Of a DNA stretch of 64,000 bases, positions 40,289 through 54,043 are shown in pieces (the first letter of the stretch is position 1; every line of letters starts with the position of its first letter). A program made the translations under genes and the position numbers. The stretch is from Octopus vulgaris. Its lineage: Eukaryota. The DNA is taken from assembly GCA_951406725.2 (NCBI GenBank), contig OX597828.1, forward strand, positions 28,272,001 to 28,336,000, in the 5' to 3' direction. The notes under the pieces are model-generated. The model saw only the letters and a list, made by a program, of their open reading frames with translations. It had not been told where the DNA came from and made no database searches.

Positions 40289-40514
40289 TTTCTTTACTAC
40301 CCACAAGGGGCTAAACACAGAGAGGACAAACAAGGACAGACAAATGGATTAAGTCGATTACATCGACCCCAGTGCGCAACTGGTACTTAATTTATCGACC
40401 CCGAAAGGATGAAAGTCGACCTCGGCAGAATTTGAACTCAGAACGTAACGGCAGACGAAATACGGCCACGCATTTCGCCCGGCATGCTAACGTTTCTGCC
40501 AGCTCGACACCTTA
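40289..40514 (-). mobile_element. SINE family B with 17-bp TSD
   Basis: tacctattca(g/t)tatata at 40272-40288 and 40515-40531. Confidence 0.9.
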
Positions 40515-41212
40515 TACCTATTCATTATATATGATCCACATTCCTATCCTTTTTCTAACCACCTCAGTAATTTGCAACTTATGAAGGGAAAACTTTATGT
40601 TACTCAGAATGTAGGAAACTCGGACTAACTAAAAGTCTGAAAACTAACATGGACATTTAGGAAAAGGCTTTGGACAAGCAAAGAGATGAGTCAGTAAATA
40701 AAGAACACCCATAAAATACATCCAGCAATTTTTAGCTTTCATGTTATTCATACCAGCGTTATCATAGCATTTATATCAGGCTTTCTTGTTTTAGTTATAA
40801 TGTACTTCATATTTTGTGCATCTGTGCGATTGTCCATGATTCCACTGCTATTATTCCATCATAAGTGCCTGGCAGTCCAAATTTAGAAGCTGGTTTTCAT
40901 TTCCAGTTAAAATTGATTCACTTACATTGTTAATATCCTTGGAAATAGCAGGAATGTCACAGGATTCTATTTTTGATGTTATAATTCTGAACCATCATGC
41001 TTATACAAGAATATCTCTGTACATATTAGGTGGACTTTACCACTTCTCTGTCTGTCTGTCTCCCGCTCTCTCTCTCTCTCTCTTCCTCTCTTTCCCTCCT
41101 TCTCTCCCTCCCTCTCTGTGTCTAACTGCGTGTATATTTGTGTGAATATCTACTAAGTTTTTATACAATTTAAGGCCCGTATATTTTTATGTGTTACTAT
41201 GTTTATTATGTG

Positions 41213-41246
<34 letters not shown>

Positions 41247-41488
41247 TGTGCATGCACACGTGTGTGTGTTATAAGGTTATTAAATCTTCTATTTTCAGAC
41301 AATGGCTTGAAGGGTTTAGTCAAAAAAAATTGGCCCCAGTTCTTGATTCTTGAAAGTCTATAATTTATTCTATCAGGACTGTTAATTTATAGGGATATAA
41401 ACAAAAGAACAGGTTGTCAAATGATGAGGTGGGGATCAAGCACAAATCCACAAACACACACCTATACATATAGATATATATATATATA

Positions 41489-41999
41489 CGAAGGTGAGTC
41501 AAAAAGTAATGCCATTTTGTTTAGGACAGATATAATTACCAACACAGGAACATGTATCATACATCAAAATGAAGCTGGTCCTCTGTGGATCACATCCCTA
41601 CTTCTCAGCATAGTCACCGTTTCTCTCAATAGCAATGTTCCACCTTTGAATGAGAGCATGTATCCCTGCCCTGTAAAATTCTGTTGACTGTTCTTTGATC
41701 CACTTCTTCACTACAGTTTTCACTTTCTTGTCACTGGAATAATGTTTGCCTCTCAGACTCTCTTTCATGGGGATGAAGAGATGCTAGTCCAGTGATGAGG
41801 AAGTGAAAATTGTAATGAAGAAGTGACTCAAAGAACAGTCAACAGAATTTTACAGGGCAGGGATACATGCTCTCATTTGAAGGTGGAACACTGCTATTGA
41901 GAGAAACAGTGACTGTGTTGAGAAGTAGGGATGTGATCCACAGAGGACCAGCTTCATTTTGATGTATGATACATGTTCCTGTGTTGGGAGTCACCCTCG
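41489..41999. mobile_element. Mariner-derived fold-back MITE built from two copies of the 3' end
   Basis: TA|CGAAGGTGA ... TCACCCTCG|TA termini. Inverted arms ~41540-41724 and ~41801-41986. The right arm reads EEVKIVMKK*LKEQSTEFYRAGIHALI*RWNTAIERNSDCVEK*, a mariner transposase C-terminus. Confidence 0.85.
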
Positions 42000-42030
<31 letters not shown>

Positions 42031-42332
42031 GGCTTCGACAAAGTTTCTGCCTTACCATATTCACTCACAAGGCATTTGTCAACCCAGGTCTCTAGCAGCA
42101 GATACTTGTCCAAAGTGCTATGCAGTGGGATTGAACTTGAAATCACATGCTTACAAAGCATGTTTCTTAACACACAGCCATGCCTGCACCTACTGTATGT
42201 TTATTTTAAAGTTTGTAGTTCTATACATATTTCCTTGTGTATATATGTTTGTTTGCTTGTGCTGTATGTGTTATAAAAGTGACAAAACCTATTCATCTTA
42301 AATAAATATGCACACACACACATACACACACG

Positions 42333-42364
<32 letters not shown>

Positions 42365-42744
42365 CACACACACACATATATATATATATATAAACACACA
42401 CACATGCACAAACATATACACATGCATACATACATACTTATATATATATAAATGTGTGTGTGTGTATGTATATATATAATACATGTATATACACATGCTC
42501 ACATATATATTTTTTATATATATTTTTAAATGTACAACTGTAGTTCAAAATATAAAAATAAGCACAAAATATCTGCAAATGACTATTAATACTACAAACA
42601 GTATAGCTGCAGGTGTAAACAAACCAACCATCCAGCTACCAAGAGATACTCTAGATTTGATCATGGCATAAACTCAATTATAACCATGTAGTCTAGTCAA
42701 CAAGTACACAGCTACATGTATCTTGTTATATAGGTATACATACG

Positions 42745-42817
<73 letters not shown>

Positions 42818-42889
42818 CAAAATGACCGAAACCGGTACTGAAAGATTCACTATAAAATTATCTTAGCATTTTCTATTTTTGACTTGTTT

Positions 42890-42932
<43 letters not shown>

Positions 42933-42962
42933 TGTATATGTATGTATATATATTTATATATA

Positions 42963-43385
42963 TGGAGGCAAGTGGCTGAGTTCCTTTTGAATGTTGGGGC
43001 CTCACAGAGGCAAGGCAGCTAAGTTCCTTTCGAGCATTGGGCCCCATGGGATCAAAGTGCCAAGTTCTTTTTGAGTGTCGGGCCTTATGGAAACAATGAC
43101 CATGACCTTTAGCATTATGTCATGCTTGAGAAGAAGACCCATCAAGCCAAGCAAAATCCCGGTCATGGCAGATATCAGTGTCATGCAAATGACCCCAGTG
43201 CCAGCAGTACGTAAAACCACCCATTACACTCTTGGAGTGGTTGGCATTATGAAGGGAATCCAGCCATAGAAAACCATGCTAGATCAGACTGGGGCCTGGC
43301 GCAGCCTTCCAGTGTGCCAGCCCAGTCAAACTGTCCAACCCATGCCAGCATGGACAACAGATGTTAAATGATGATGATGATGATG
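42963..43385 (+). mobile_element. Retroposon family C (long copy)
   Basis: 5' tandem ~43-bp units (agttcctttt..gttgggcc), then the family-C 3' domain and (GAT)n. Confidence 0.8.
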
Positions 43386-46300
43386 ATTGTGTGTGTGTGT
43401 ATGTGTGTGTGCATATCTATATATATATTGTTGTGGAAGGATTCCGACCGCCCCCAAGTGACTAAAGGTGGACTGACACATTACTATAAAATAAAATACT
43501 CTGAGTAATGGAACAAGCAGGACACTGCAGGCCATTGGCAGAGAGTATTTAACCTCGTGTAACAGCAGTCTTAATGTGTCATATGAATACTTTCTTTCCA
43601 CCTGTTTCGTTAAATCATTTATTCAACACCAGGATAGAAAAATGGCAATGAGCTGTTCAAAGCTTACATTGGACATTTAGAATTTTTTTTTTTTTGTACA
43701 AAACCGAAGAAAAAATTGTGAATAAACAAGCGTTAACTTCCATCACCATTCACAGCCTCATCATTTGCAACCTTGTGTGTGCTCTCTTCTCCAACAAACA
43801 AACTCAAAATCTGAAACAGATCTGTAAATGTTGTAAAATGGTTGGTGTTAGGAAAGACATCCAGCTGTAGAAATCATTAATAAACGAGAAACTGGAGCAT
43901 GATGCAATCCCTAGACCCATCAAATCCTGTCAAACAATCCAACCTGTATGAGCATAGAACATAGATGTTAAGTGATGATGATGATGATGATGTAGATGAT
44001 GTAAGGTGATAAAAAGCAGCCTGCATCATGACACCAAAGAAACAAATGGGAGAAAATGGCTAAACAAAAAACAAAAATGAAATGGAAATTGTCAGAAACT
44101 TGTAAATATTTCTGTGGAGAACCAGTGTTAGGAAAATTGGAAAGTAACTTATTTGATTTATTTAACCAAGTACTCAGGATGTCATTTCATGAATGAATAT
44201 TGTTATTTATTGCACTGCAAAGTTAATATCTTTTCTGCTAAGCAAAGATCACATTTCAGTTTCTTTCTACTGTTACCATACTTGTATGCAGGTGCAAAAC
44301 CAAGGATAGACCATTTCATATTGAAAGTATTATCACTATTATAACTTAGTCACCTAAATTTCCTGTTTGGGTTAACCAATGAATGCTTATAAGCATAACA
44401 TTTCATTTTATATTCATTTTCTGTTGATCCAATGTAAAATTTCAGCTGTAAGCTCTCATTCAATTCCACTTTGGCACAGTACATCAAGAACTTAACAAAA
44501 CAGTTTTATATTAAGCAAGCAGTTTCTAAATTTTCTGAAATTACACCTGCTCTCAGTTTTTGTATTACTACTATTTGACATGTGCTTTCAAATTAAAAGA
44601 GCTGCTGAAATTCTTGCAACAAGAGTAAAAAAACACTTTAATAGGATTTCTATTAAAGATCTCATAAAGCAAAATTAATTCAAGAAACTCCTTGGTTATA
44701 TTTGTTTTAACATTCAAGCTAAAAATTAGATTATACCACAGGATTTTTATATACCTTGTTCTTCTTTTGGGAGCTACAGACTTGGGTATATATTCTATTC
44801 TCTCTGAAAATCTACTACTACTACTAAATGATTCATTATAGAAATGTGAAGGTTTTGCAAAAACATCTTAATCTCCAGTTGTGATGATATCCTCCTATCA
44901 AGATTGGAAACTAAGTTATGGAAAATATTTGATAGATGATTAGAACCTTATTAATATACAATAACCTTTTATAAGATTTATAATAAATGGAAAATTTGGA
45001 AGAATTTAAATCTATTATTATGTCTAGAAAACTTATTTCTGCTAAGTTGCTCTCAGTTGTAACTTACAACTCTATTTCATCGAACATTTGAATACATTTT
45101 CTGAATCTACATCATGCTCATTCACATTTCATAATAAAGATAATCCATCATTTCTATAAATACTTCCATCCACCATGTATGTAATTTATTTACTTAGAAT
45201 GATACAGTAGTCTGTTATTCTGCAATTTCTCCCAGCATGTGGCCAAGGAAACTCCAGAGTAACTGTCTACTGAATCAGCCAAAATAAACTACTGCTTTCT
45301 ATGATATTGAGTACTTCTTTCCTTGATTGCTTAAAATCAACAGATATGGATGTGTGTGTGTACTTCAACATTTACAAATTTTGATGGATTAACAGATGGA
45401 TAAGTAGATAGATTTAGGGAAAAAAGCTAAATTTTGTTGTCAAAGTTTGTTTGTATTCATACACACATGCACACACACACAGACGTGCACATACACACAC
45501 ACACATATATGGCATTAATCAAATGATATATGAAATGAATTATGTGTCTATAGATTTTCAGCGTTAATATTAGTCAGTGTAGGTAAATACATCGTTATAC
45601 GTTTATCTGCTAAATTAAGATTAGATGTGCACTGTTTGGTGAAGAAGCCACTAACCCTCATAAATTATCAATAATTTGCTTTTACAATATCTAATATTGT
45701 AGAATTTTCACCAAATTTTCCTTCTGGCATTGAACATTAATTATACCTGCAAACTAGTACAGTTATATTCCAAGAACAAAATCTAGTTCCTGACTTTAAG
45801 GCTATTAATTCTTTATACCATCTTTTGATTAATTGTAATTTCTTAACTACATAATTTTCTCTTATGATGTGATATTATCATTTGATTTCATGTGTCAGAA
45901 ATGTGATAGTTTGCAGTATTGAAATGGTGGAGGTTGTCAGTGGTGACCGAGATTGACCGACAGGAAACTGAGGGACTGGGGGTAGCTAGGAGACTGGACT
46001 AGCAACAACTGAAGAGAAACATAACGAAACATGATCTGTTAAATGTTTCGATGTGAACTTAAATGACATAGGTCAGGTGATTTAGACATTTGGTTGGATA
46101 TTGGTGGTTTTAGTTGATTCATTTACTTGGCTTTTATTCTGCATTTTGTGAAGGACTTTTTTATTTATTTATTAGCTTTAATATGTAAGCTTCTAAATTT
46201 CTTATGTAGGAACCAGGCCAAAAATTTGGGGAAGAGTTTATCAATTAAAGTAAAGCAATTCCATTACAATGCTGTTATATATTTTATTGACCTTGGAAGG

Positions 46301-46979
46301 ACGAAAAGCAAAGTTGAGCTTGGTTGGATTTGAAACCAGAACTTAAAGAGCTAAAACAAAATAAATTTATAATTACCAAATCATTTGTTATAAACCTTTT
46401 ATCATATCAGAGAAGTGTTTCAAACTTAATAATTTTCAATAATTTATTTTACTTATTAATTTTTTTAAAAACTAGAGAGAGGATATTTATTAGGAGAAAG
46501 GTGGAGTCACCAAATCAGTTGAGAAAGAGTGGCCCCTATGACTTGTTTCAGGACTTCTGAGATTACATTGACTCCAGTACTCGACTGGTATTTTATTGAA
46601 CCCAAAATGATGAAAGGCAAAGGAGACTTTGGCAGGGTTTGAAACCAGACTGTAAAGAGCTGGGAGAAATACTGCTAAGCATTTTATCCAACATGTTCAA
46701 GGATTTGGCCAGTTTGCCACTTTGTGAGACTGTGTAAAGGAATGGAAAAGAAAATGTAAAAGGAAGAAGCATGGAGAGAGTGTTATAGAATGAGTGAGAG
46801 TCTTCGTTAATTACTCGAAAAGAAAACAAACAAACAAAAAAAGCAAATGGTACCCATACTGAAATACTGAAAGCATGTTTGAACCAAAATCTGTTCCCTC
46901 AGGCATGACTTGGGATTAAAACTACAACTATAACTAACCAACCAAGCAAAATTAAATATCCACAGCAAAATATTTCTAT

Positions 46980-47298
46980 ATTTTACTTGTTTTGGTCATT
47001 GGGCTGTGGCCCTGCTGGAGCACTGCCTTGAAGGGTTTACTCAAACATATTGACCCAGATATTCCTTTTTAAACCTAGTACTTATTCTATTGATCTCTTT
47101 TGCTGAACTGCTAGGTTATGGGACATAAACAAACCAAAACCAGTTGCGATGGATTTCTTTCAGTTTCTGTCTATCAAATCTACTCGCAAGGCTTTGGTCG
47201 GCTTAGAGCTATAGTAGAGGATACTTACTTAAAGTGCCATGCAGTGGGACTGAACCGGAAACCAGGTAGTTATGAAGCATGTGTCTTACCACACACCT
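46980..47298 (-). mobile_element. SINE family A (diverged, internally deleted)
   Basis: Reverse-complement match to tail and head. Confidence 0.75.
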
Positions 47299-50200
47299 AT
47301 GATATCACCAGATATCATTAATATCGACACAGTTAAGCTTGGGAGACATAATTTTTCAAGCACATGTTCATTAATTCGAACATGTTAAAACCAATTTCTA
47401 CGATAATCCTCACCATTCCCAAATAATCTACACCATCAATTTCTCAATCAGAATCCCAGCAGTGACAGATAAATTGAATGGGCTGTGAAGAATGACTCAA
47501 GTTGAACTTGTTTACATTCGGAAAAGCTACATACTGCCATTGGTAAGATGCAGTACAGCACAGCAATTAGTTGTCTTGGAAAATGTATTTACTGATTAAT
47601 TTTAGGGCACCAAGCAGAAAAGGTTTTCTGTCAAATGATTCTATATCATTATACTCTGCCATTAGTGAGTGTATGTGCAAGCCGTAATACATACAAGCAC
47701 ATGTGGTATTTGTGTATATGTGTGCATGTGAGAGAGAAGGAATGTGTGTATGTGTGTATATATATATATATATGATCATCATCATTGTCATTTAATGTCT
47801 GTATTCAGTGATATATATATAAATATATTATGAACACACACATATACATAGACCTATGAATTTTTATATATACATGCATTCATATAAATATTTTATAAAA
47901 CACACACACATATATAAATACATGAGTGTGCATGAGTGTATATATACACACTCATATCTGTATTTATACACATATGTGGTGGAGTAAGAGATATAAAATG
48001 TGTTTGTCTGTGTGTGTGTGTGTGATATTTTGTCTGTACAAGTCTTTTTTTTATAATATTAAAAAAAAATAAAATAATTTTCTGCATATCTAATGAGATT
48101 TCTTGGTATTTTGCCAAATTTCGGTATACAAGTGCCAGAGGAATAAGTCTAAGAATAAGCATGACACTCAAAGACAGACATGACTATTCTCAGAGGTAAA
48201 ATATTTGGGGTGGCGGCTGGTTGAAATTTTTTTTTTTTTAACACATGTATGTAATTAATTTTACAGAGATATAGACTTAAGTTATAAGAAACGATGTCAT
48301 TATTTGTCACACACACACAAGCAATTTTTTTGTTTTTCTGAAATCTGAAAATTTTTCTGCTTCAAATTTAGAAAGGAATTCTTAAGAATCTACTTCATAT
48401 CAAAAGCAATGAGGTTTATGGTGGATCATTATTATATATCTCACAAAGGCAGCAAGCTGGCAGAATTGTTAGCATATCAAACAAAATTATTATCAGCATC
48501 ACTTCCAGCTTCACATTCAAATACTGCTGAGGTCAGCTTTGCCCTTCATCCTTTCAGGATAGCCGATTACATTAACTGGGGTTAATGTAATCAACTAGCC
48601 TGCGTCCCCTAAAATTTCAGGCCTTGTGCCTATAATAGAAAGAATTACTATATGTCTCACAAAAGCTGCAGCAGGTGCATTCATTATTTTTGTAGTTTAT
48701 CTGCCATTAAGCTTGAAGTTAATAAGAACATATGCTCACACATTCAGACATATCATCATCGTCGTCATCGTCATCATTGTCATTTTAATGTCCACTTTTC
48801 CATGCTTGCTTGGGTTGGATGAAGTCTGTTGAAGCAGATCGTTTTACTGCAAGATGCCCTTCCTACCACCCGCTCTCACCTATTTCTAACCAGGTAGCAT
48901 TCCCCCATGGTTAGATATGTTTAAAATCAATGACAATGCTTCTGTGACAGTGACATTTATTTACAACTATCACATGATTGACAAGGAAGACAAGCACACA
49001 CAAACACAAACAAATACTCACTACCACTCACACACACAAACAAATACACACTACCACTCACACACACACACACTACCACTCACACACACACACGTTTTTC
49101 AGTTGTCCATTTCAGTTTACCAAATCCCCTCATAAAGTTTTGGTCAGCTCAGGGCTATAGTAGAAAACACTTGCCCAAGGTTCCACACAGTAGTACTAAG
49201 CACGTAACCATGTAGAGAAAGAGAGAGGGATAAAGCATAACTGATTAACTCTAGAGAAAAACTGATATAAATGCTAATAATGCATTTTTTTTCATGGGTT
49301 TTATCTGAATTGATTAAAAAATTATTCTTAGCTTTCTGCATTAAATATGTTAACCTGCACTTGACAATACAATTTTTGTGCAGAAGGCACTTCTAGGAAT
49401 TTTTTCAGTGTCATTCTGTGAGTTGCCTGTTCAGTGAATATTCTTCCAGAAAAAAGAAATTATATCATCTCATTTATTCTATGATCTGATTAATACTTGT
49501 TAGTCAATACGTAGTTGCTGTGGAAGTCTAATAAGGTTGAAACATATCTATAATACTTACCATTGATCAAACCCACTCTTCACTATATGTCTCCATTTAA
49601 TTTTTAATCAATTTAAACTTCAATATTCTGTCCCTTGCTTTGACAAAAATTGTCATTAACACTAAAGACTTTTCTTCCCTTTGTAGATTTTAATTTCAAT
49701 TAATTGATAATATAATTTATTTTTTTTACTTATTACACTAATTTTATTAACCTACACTTGAAAGAATGGTAGCTACATACTTAAAGAGTAGCAACACAGA
49801 ATGCCTACCTGTATCACTATTTGATTAAAAATAGTTCCCAGTTTGACTTGTAGTCAAAAGAAGCAGAAAAAGTGATTGCAACTGTGACAGCTTCCACACA
49901 GAAATACATTAGTAATTCCTTATTAAACCAGAATTGTTAAAGAATACAGTTGCTAGAAAGATACCAAACTAATGGAAATATGGACAAGTACTTTATAAGT
50001 TTTGTTCCCTATTGCTGGTTTAGCACAGAGAAGACTTCTGAAATAAATCTAGCAAAAAGTGAAAAATTTTATTCAAGAGATGTCCTTCTTGATTTTCTTT
50101 TTCTTTCTAATATATTTTGTATCTTTCTTAGCAAAATTCTATTAAAATTTGAATTATGTTTATATTAATATTATTCTTATCTTATTTTTTCTTCCTCCCC

Positions 50201-51048
50201 TCCCCAAGTGTATATGAATGTGTTTATGTGCTTACATGTGTTCCATCAATCTGATTATGAATATGTCATATTTGACACTGGATTTAATTGGATTTTAACG
50301 AGGAAGAGCTAACCGTTAATAAATTTAGCTTCACTCTCTCATACAAAGATATCCGCAACCAGTATCAAGACAAGGCTGAGACAGCAACCAACACTGTGAT
50401 GGTGTGGTTCTTGATTCGGTAATTGCCAGGAAGCTGTCATTTATTGGCACTAAGCCAGTTCCAATTCAAGGCTTTTCACTTCTTTTTTTTTTTTTCCTGA
50501 ATTTACATCCATACACCATTTTCCTTCCTGCTAAAGACAGTACGCTAAGTAAAAGTTTGGTGTGAATATTTTTAGCTCTCTTTTAAGCAGACATTTGACT
50601 TGATACATTCTTCTGCAAAGTTTACCTTATTGAACCGACTAAATCTTGTCTCTTTCTACGTATTGTGGGTGCTAGCATAGCAGGGTGGTTAAAAATGATC
50701 AAGAAGTTCATTTCTTAATCATATGTTTTGGGATCTGAGCACAGCATATGGCACCTATGCCAAATGTCTTCTGCTATAGCCTTGAGATGACCAATATCTT
50801 GTGAGTCGAACTTAACAGGTGGAAACTGTGCAAAAGCCTGTTGTGTGTGCATATGTGTATGTGTGTGTATATATGTATGTATGTATCTAAATTCTGTACA
50901 AGACATTGTAGTTCTTTAGCTGGGCTAAAAAGTCACATTCGATCACAGTACCAATAACAATTAAGCTTCGTGCGATGGCCATATTTGATAACAAGGGGGC
51001 AACCATCATTTATCTAAATATATCTACATATGTATATATATTTATGTA

Positions 51049-51079
<31 letters not shown>

Positions 51080-52241
51080 AGATATATGCATATATGTACA
51101 TATATATATGAATATGTATATATATGTATGTGTGCATAAATATATATATATATGTATGTATTATATATATATATATGTATATGTAGATAAATGAATTACA
51201 TGGAACCAATTTCTCAACAAGAGATGCCAATGATAATGATGGTGTTGATGATGACAACAATGATGACAACGGCCTGTGTGTGGGTGTGTGTCCCCAATAA
51301 CTACCACAAAAGCCAATGTTTATGTTGTACCTCTTAATGTCTCACAACCCATTGTTCCAACAAATAGAGGTTAAGACCAAAATAAGCAGTCGCAGTCGAT
51401 ATGATTGACGAGGGCTTTTGGAGGTGGTGCCCTAACATGGCTGCATTCCAATATCTAAAGTCAGTAAAAGAATGAAAGAATTATAATCCCCATCTCACTC
51501 CAGCCCAGAGACTGGTGTATAAAATTAGCTGGTTAGAGCCAAGTTTCTTTCTCTGAGTGTTGAGTTTTGTTGTTACCATATTCTTCAGTATTCCAATCCT
51601 GTTTAAAGATGGAATCCTCTTTTTTGCTTCCACAAAATGTTAATCATGTAAAGAAGTATGTAGCTTAGTGGTTAGGGTGTTGGACTCATGATTGTGGTGT
51701 CATGGGGTGGAGGGTTCAATTTCTGTACCTGGTAGTTCATTGTGTTTTTGAGCAAAGCTCTTCATTTCACGAGGTTTCACTCAGCTGCAATGAATACCAT
51801 CCATTGAACTAACACATACCCCCCCCCCATCCATCTGTCACATTGTACATGTTTCATTGATCAAGAGCAAGAAGGCAGAGAGGGAATCAATGTCTGCTTA
51901 CAAATATAATAATTGCCTAAAACAAATGACAAAAGCATTGTGCATGTTACCCTACCCTTCTTGCTGATCAGCAATGGCTTGATGTGCTCTATTTCCAGCA
52001 TACAAGTTATGTCACATATAGTGTAAACACTGAAACATCATCACAATCTTTCCAAATCTTGCAGCATTCCACATGCAATTTTTGGTTTTGGTATCTGCAT
52101 CATCTTAGAGCAAAAGCTGCCCAACTTTTGTCAGCAGAAAACTTTGGTCTGCAAAATTCAACATTTTATACTGGAAAATATAGTTCTCTGCCAGGTGGGG
52201 AAGGTGGTGTTTCTTTTTTATTGTTGAAGTCAGTTTTTATG

Positions 52242-52443
52242 GCTGTTAATCATTCAACTGTGTGGTATTTTACAACTGCTTGTCACTCAACTGTGTCATA
52301 TTGTGTAGCTGCTAATTACTCAACTGTGCCATGTTTTACAGCTGTCAATCACTCAACTATATCATATTTTACATCTATCAGTCACTCAACTGTGTCATAT
52401 TTCATACCTGATAATCACTCAACTGTGTCATGTATATGTAGCT
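52242..52443. repeat. 33-bp minisatellite, about 6 diverged copies
   Basis: Unit approximately gctgttaatcactcaactgtgtcatattttaca. Confidence 0.85.
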
Positions 52444-53504
52444 AAATGAATTACTCTGCATATCACTCAAGCGTTTCATGCCTATAGTGTCTAAAGGTAA
52501 TTTATTCCTAGACTAGATCTTTTTTCCTACACCTACTAGTCTACACTATTATACATTTACTTAATAGTTCTCTTATCACTACTCCACATAGTATGGTGAA
52601 CTCTATACTTTCCTGAGGAGGTCTAATAACATTAAAACATGTTTAGAGTTATCACTTTTATTTGCTGAAAGATGTAGTGACAAATATTATTTTGCATCAC
52701 CTTATGATAATTTTTTGGGGTGGGGAGTTGTAGTTAGCTGTATTAAATATATTGATAATAATAACTTACATTTTATTAACTCTCAAACTAAGTAGAACCT
52801 GATTATTATGTTGCAAAGTCAGGTAAGAAACTAGAGGTAGAACAGATACATTGTTTACTCAGAAGCACAATGCTTATGACAGGAGTAATAGCTGAACTTG
52901 AACTGATGACTATATGGTCAGTAGTCCAGCACCTTTACCACACTGCCATTACATTCCTTATTTATTCTGCGCTGAAAATTTTAATCCTTTGAGTTTAAGC
53001 ACCATGAGTTAATTAACAATGTCAAAAATTCGAAGAAATACTTTGGAAATGGTTAATTAGCTGGAATAATGCTTGTTAGACAGCTACTTCTTCAGGAAGA
53101 CATCATTTGACATTAAGAAGTTACTAATTTTAATCCATAGTTGATTTTTTAAATTCTATTTATAAATTTATCTTCTTTTCAGGAACACATCAAGTTTTGA
53201 CTCAAATTTTGTTCATCTGAATTTTTAAAATTTATCTTTTAATTGTTTCAATCTTTGGACTGTGGCCATGCTGGGGCACCAGCTTGAAGGGTTTTAATCA
53301 AACAAATCAGTCCCAGGACTTCTTTTATCAGTCTGTTTTACTGAACTGCTATGTTACAGGGGCATAATCAAATCAACACTGGCTGTGAACTGACGGTGGC
53401 AGGGCAAACATAAAAACACACACACCCATAGATACATACCTCCATATATCTATATATTCATACATATGTATATGTATATACATACCTATATATAATATAT
53501 ATAT

Positions 53505-53854
53505 ATTTCTTTACTACCCACAAGGGGCTAAATATAGAGGGGACAAACAAGGACAGACAAAGGGATTAAGTCGATTACATCGACCCCAGTGCGAAACTGG
53601 TACTTAATTTATCGACCCCGAAAGGATGAAAGGCAAAGTCGACCTCAGAAACGTTAGCACACCGGGCGAAATGCGTAGCCGTATTTCGTCTGCCGTTACG
53701 TTCTGAGTTCAAATTCCACCGGGGTCGACTTGGCCTTTCATCTTTTTGGGGTCGATAAATTAAATACCAGTTACACTCTGGGGTCGATGTAATCGACTTA
53801 ATCTGTCCTTGTTTGTCCCCTCTGTGTTTAGCCCCTTGTGGGTAGTAAAGAAAT
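53505..53854. mobile_element. Two abutting family-B SINEs in inverted orientation
   Basis: Minus-strand 3' portion 53505-53646 joined directly to a 5'-truncated plus copy 53647-53854. Confidence 0.88.
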
Positions 53855-53956
53855 ATATATATATATGCTTATCGTCAGTGTCTCATATGTCCGAAACAGA
53901 AACACACTCTAAAGCATAGAACAGTAATGTATTTATATGCAGTTCAATCTATGTCC

Positions 53957-54016
53957 GGTGACCAATGTTTTCGCATCCACAAAGGGCTTAGCTCTGTGGA
54001 CAGCTTGTCAAATTCT
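53957..54016 (-). ncRNA. Degenerate inverted copy of the 54044-54102 hammerhead motif
   Basis: Reverse complement: agaat TTGACAA gctgtccacagag ctaagc cctttgtggatgc GAAA acattg GTC acc. Confidence 0.55.
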
Positions 54017-54043
54017 GCGGACAAAAAGAAATGTCTTTGGCTT

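Noticed and set aside
42824-42840. GAAACCGGTA hammerhead-like 3' half next to (TA)n
   Set aside because: No CUGANGA half upstream; may be a truncated member but cannot be supported.
43578-43635. Minus-strand CTGGT-stem-GAAACAGGTG motif
   Set aside because: Core incomplete and the triplet ends in G.
46005-46042. CTGAAGA...GAAACATGATC motif
   Set aside because: No stem II can form.
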